Positions 63,290-64,000 of a stretch of 64,000 nt of DNA are shown in pieces; position 1 is the stretch's first letter, and every line of letters starts with the position of its first letter. Made by a program: the position numbers and the translations under genes. The stretch is from Eledone cirrhosa (lineage: Eukaryota): the NCBI GenBank assembly GCA_964016885.1, contig OZ024741.1, positions 65,224,001 to 65,288,000 of the forward strand. The letters are read 5' to 3'. Under the pieces are notes generated by a model. It ran no database searches and was not told where the DNA came from. It worked only from the letters and a program-made list of their open reading frames with translations.

Positions 63290-64000
63290 TAATACAATAA
63301 TAATAATAATAATGATAATCATTATTATTATTGTTAATAAATATTTGCTATATTATAGAATCAAAACTGCTGAATGAAAGTTGTTTGGACTAGACTATTT
63401 ATTTGTAGGTTGCAAGGATTTAATTGTATTTCTTTATATTTCACTGTACACAATTTGTTTTTCTTGCTTCAGTTAAAAAGCTGATTATTTATTGATACAT
63501 CTCTCTATATATCTCTCTCTCTCATGAAAGGCCAAACAATTGATAATGTTTATCAAGTGTATATAAAACTCATGGTGTCATGATAAAATGCATCCAGTGT
63601 ACTTCTAAAACATAGCTGATGATTGAATGGAGACAGTGTTTGATAGATAGGACCATTCACTTGTATAAAGGACATGATGACAACCTCTCTAGTGTGGGTG
63701 TTATCATAAAATGTCTCCCACTACACTCTATAAAACAGCTGGTCATCAAATGAAGACAATATAGTGTAGAGAGGACTCTTTAGTCTTGTCAAAAATATGA
63801 CAACCTCTCTAGTGTTGGGGGCCATAAGAAAATGCACCCACTACATTCTGTAAAATCATTGCGGTTAAGAAGAATATCCAGTTGTAGAAGCCATTCCCCA
63901 AATGGTATATGATGTGTTATTGCCCTCTCTTCACCCCCAAAAATTTTAATGGCAACAACTTGTCCAACTCATGCTAGAGAGTAAAATGATACTGATATGT

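Overview
AT-rich, microsatellite-saturated eukaryotic DNA with a 200-N gap at 26189-26388. The repeat content (tRNA-derived Nin- and Meta-domain SINEs, RTE LINEs with (GAT)n tails, dense (TA)n/(CA)n) suggests a coleoid cephalopod such as octopus; this is an inference. I found no host protein-coding exon. The long ORFs come from a ~6 kb satellite or from low-complexity DNA. Real coding traces are all transposon-derived: RTE reverse transcriptases, CR1/L2 3' ends, R4/Dong-type REL endonucleases and a Penelope-like GIY-YIG C-terminus. Main observations: (1) many fold-back Penelope-like element ends in (TA)n tracts, carrying type-I hammerhead ribozyme cores, a covarying 3' tail hairpin and, in two copies, a covarying kink-turn-like domain; (2) an RTE copy at ~60 kb with a strand-specific A-to-G excess that looks like ADAR hyper-editing written into DNA; (3) an LTR followed by a ~32-nt tRNA-Trp copy running past position 58; (4) a 6-kb satellite splitting an old RT domain. 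All alignments, counts and folds were done by eye.
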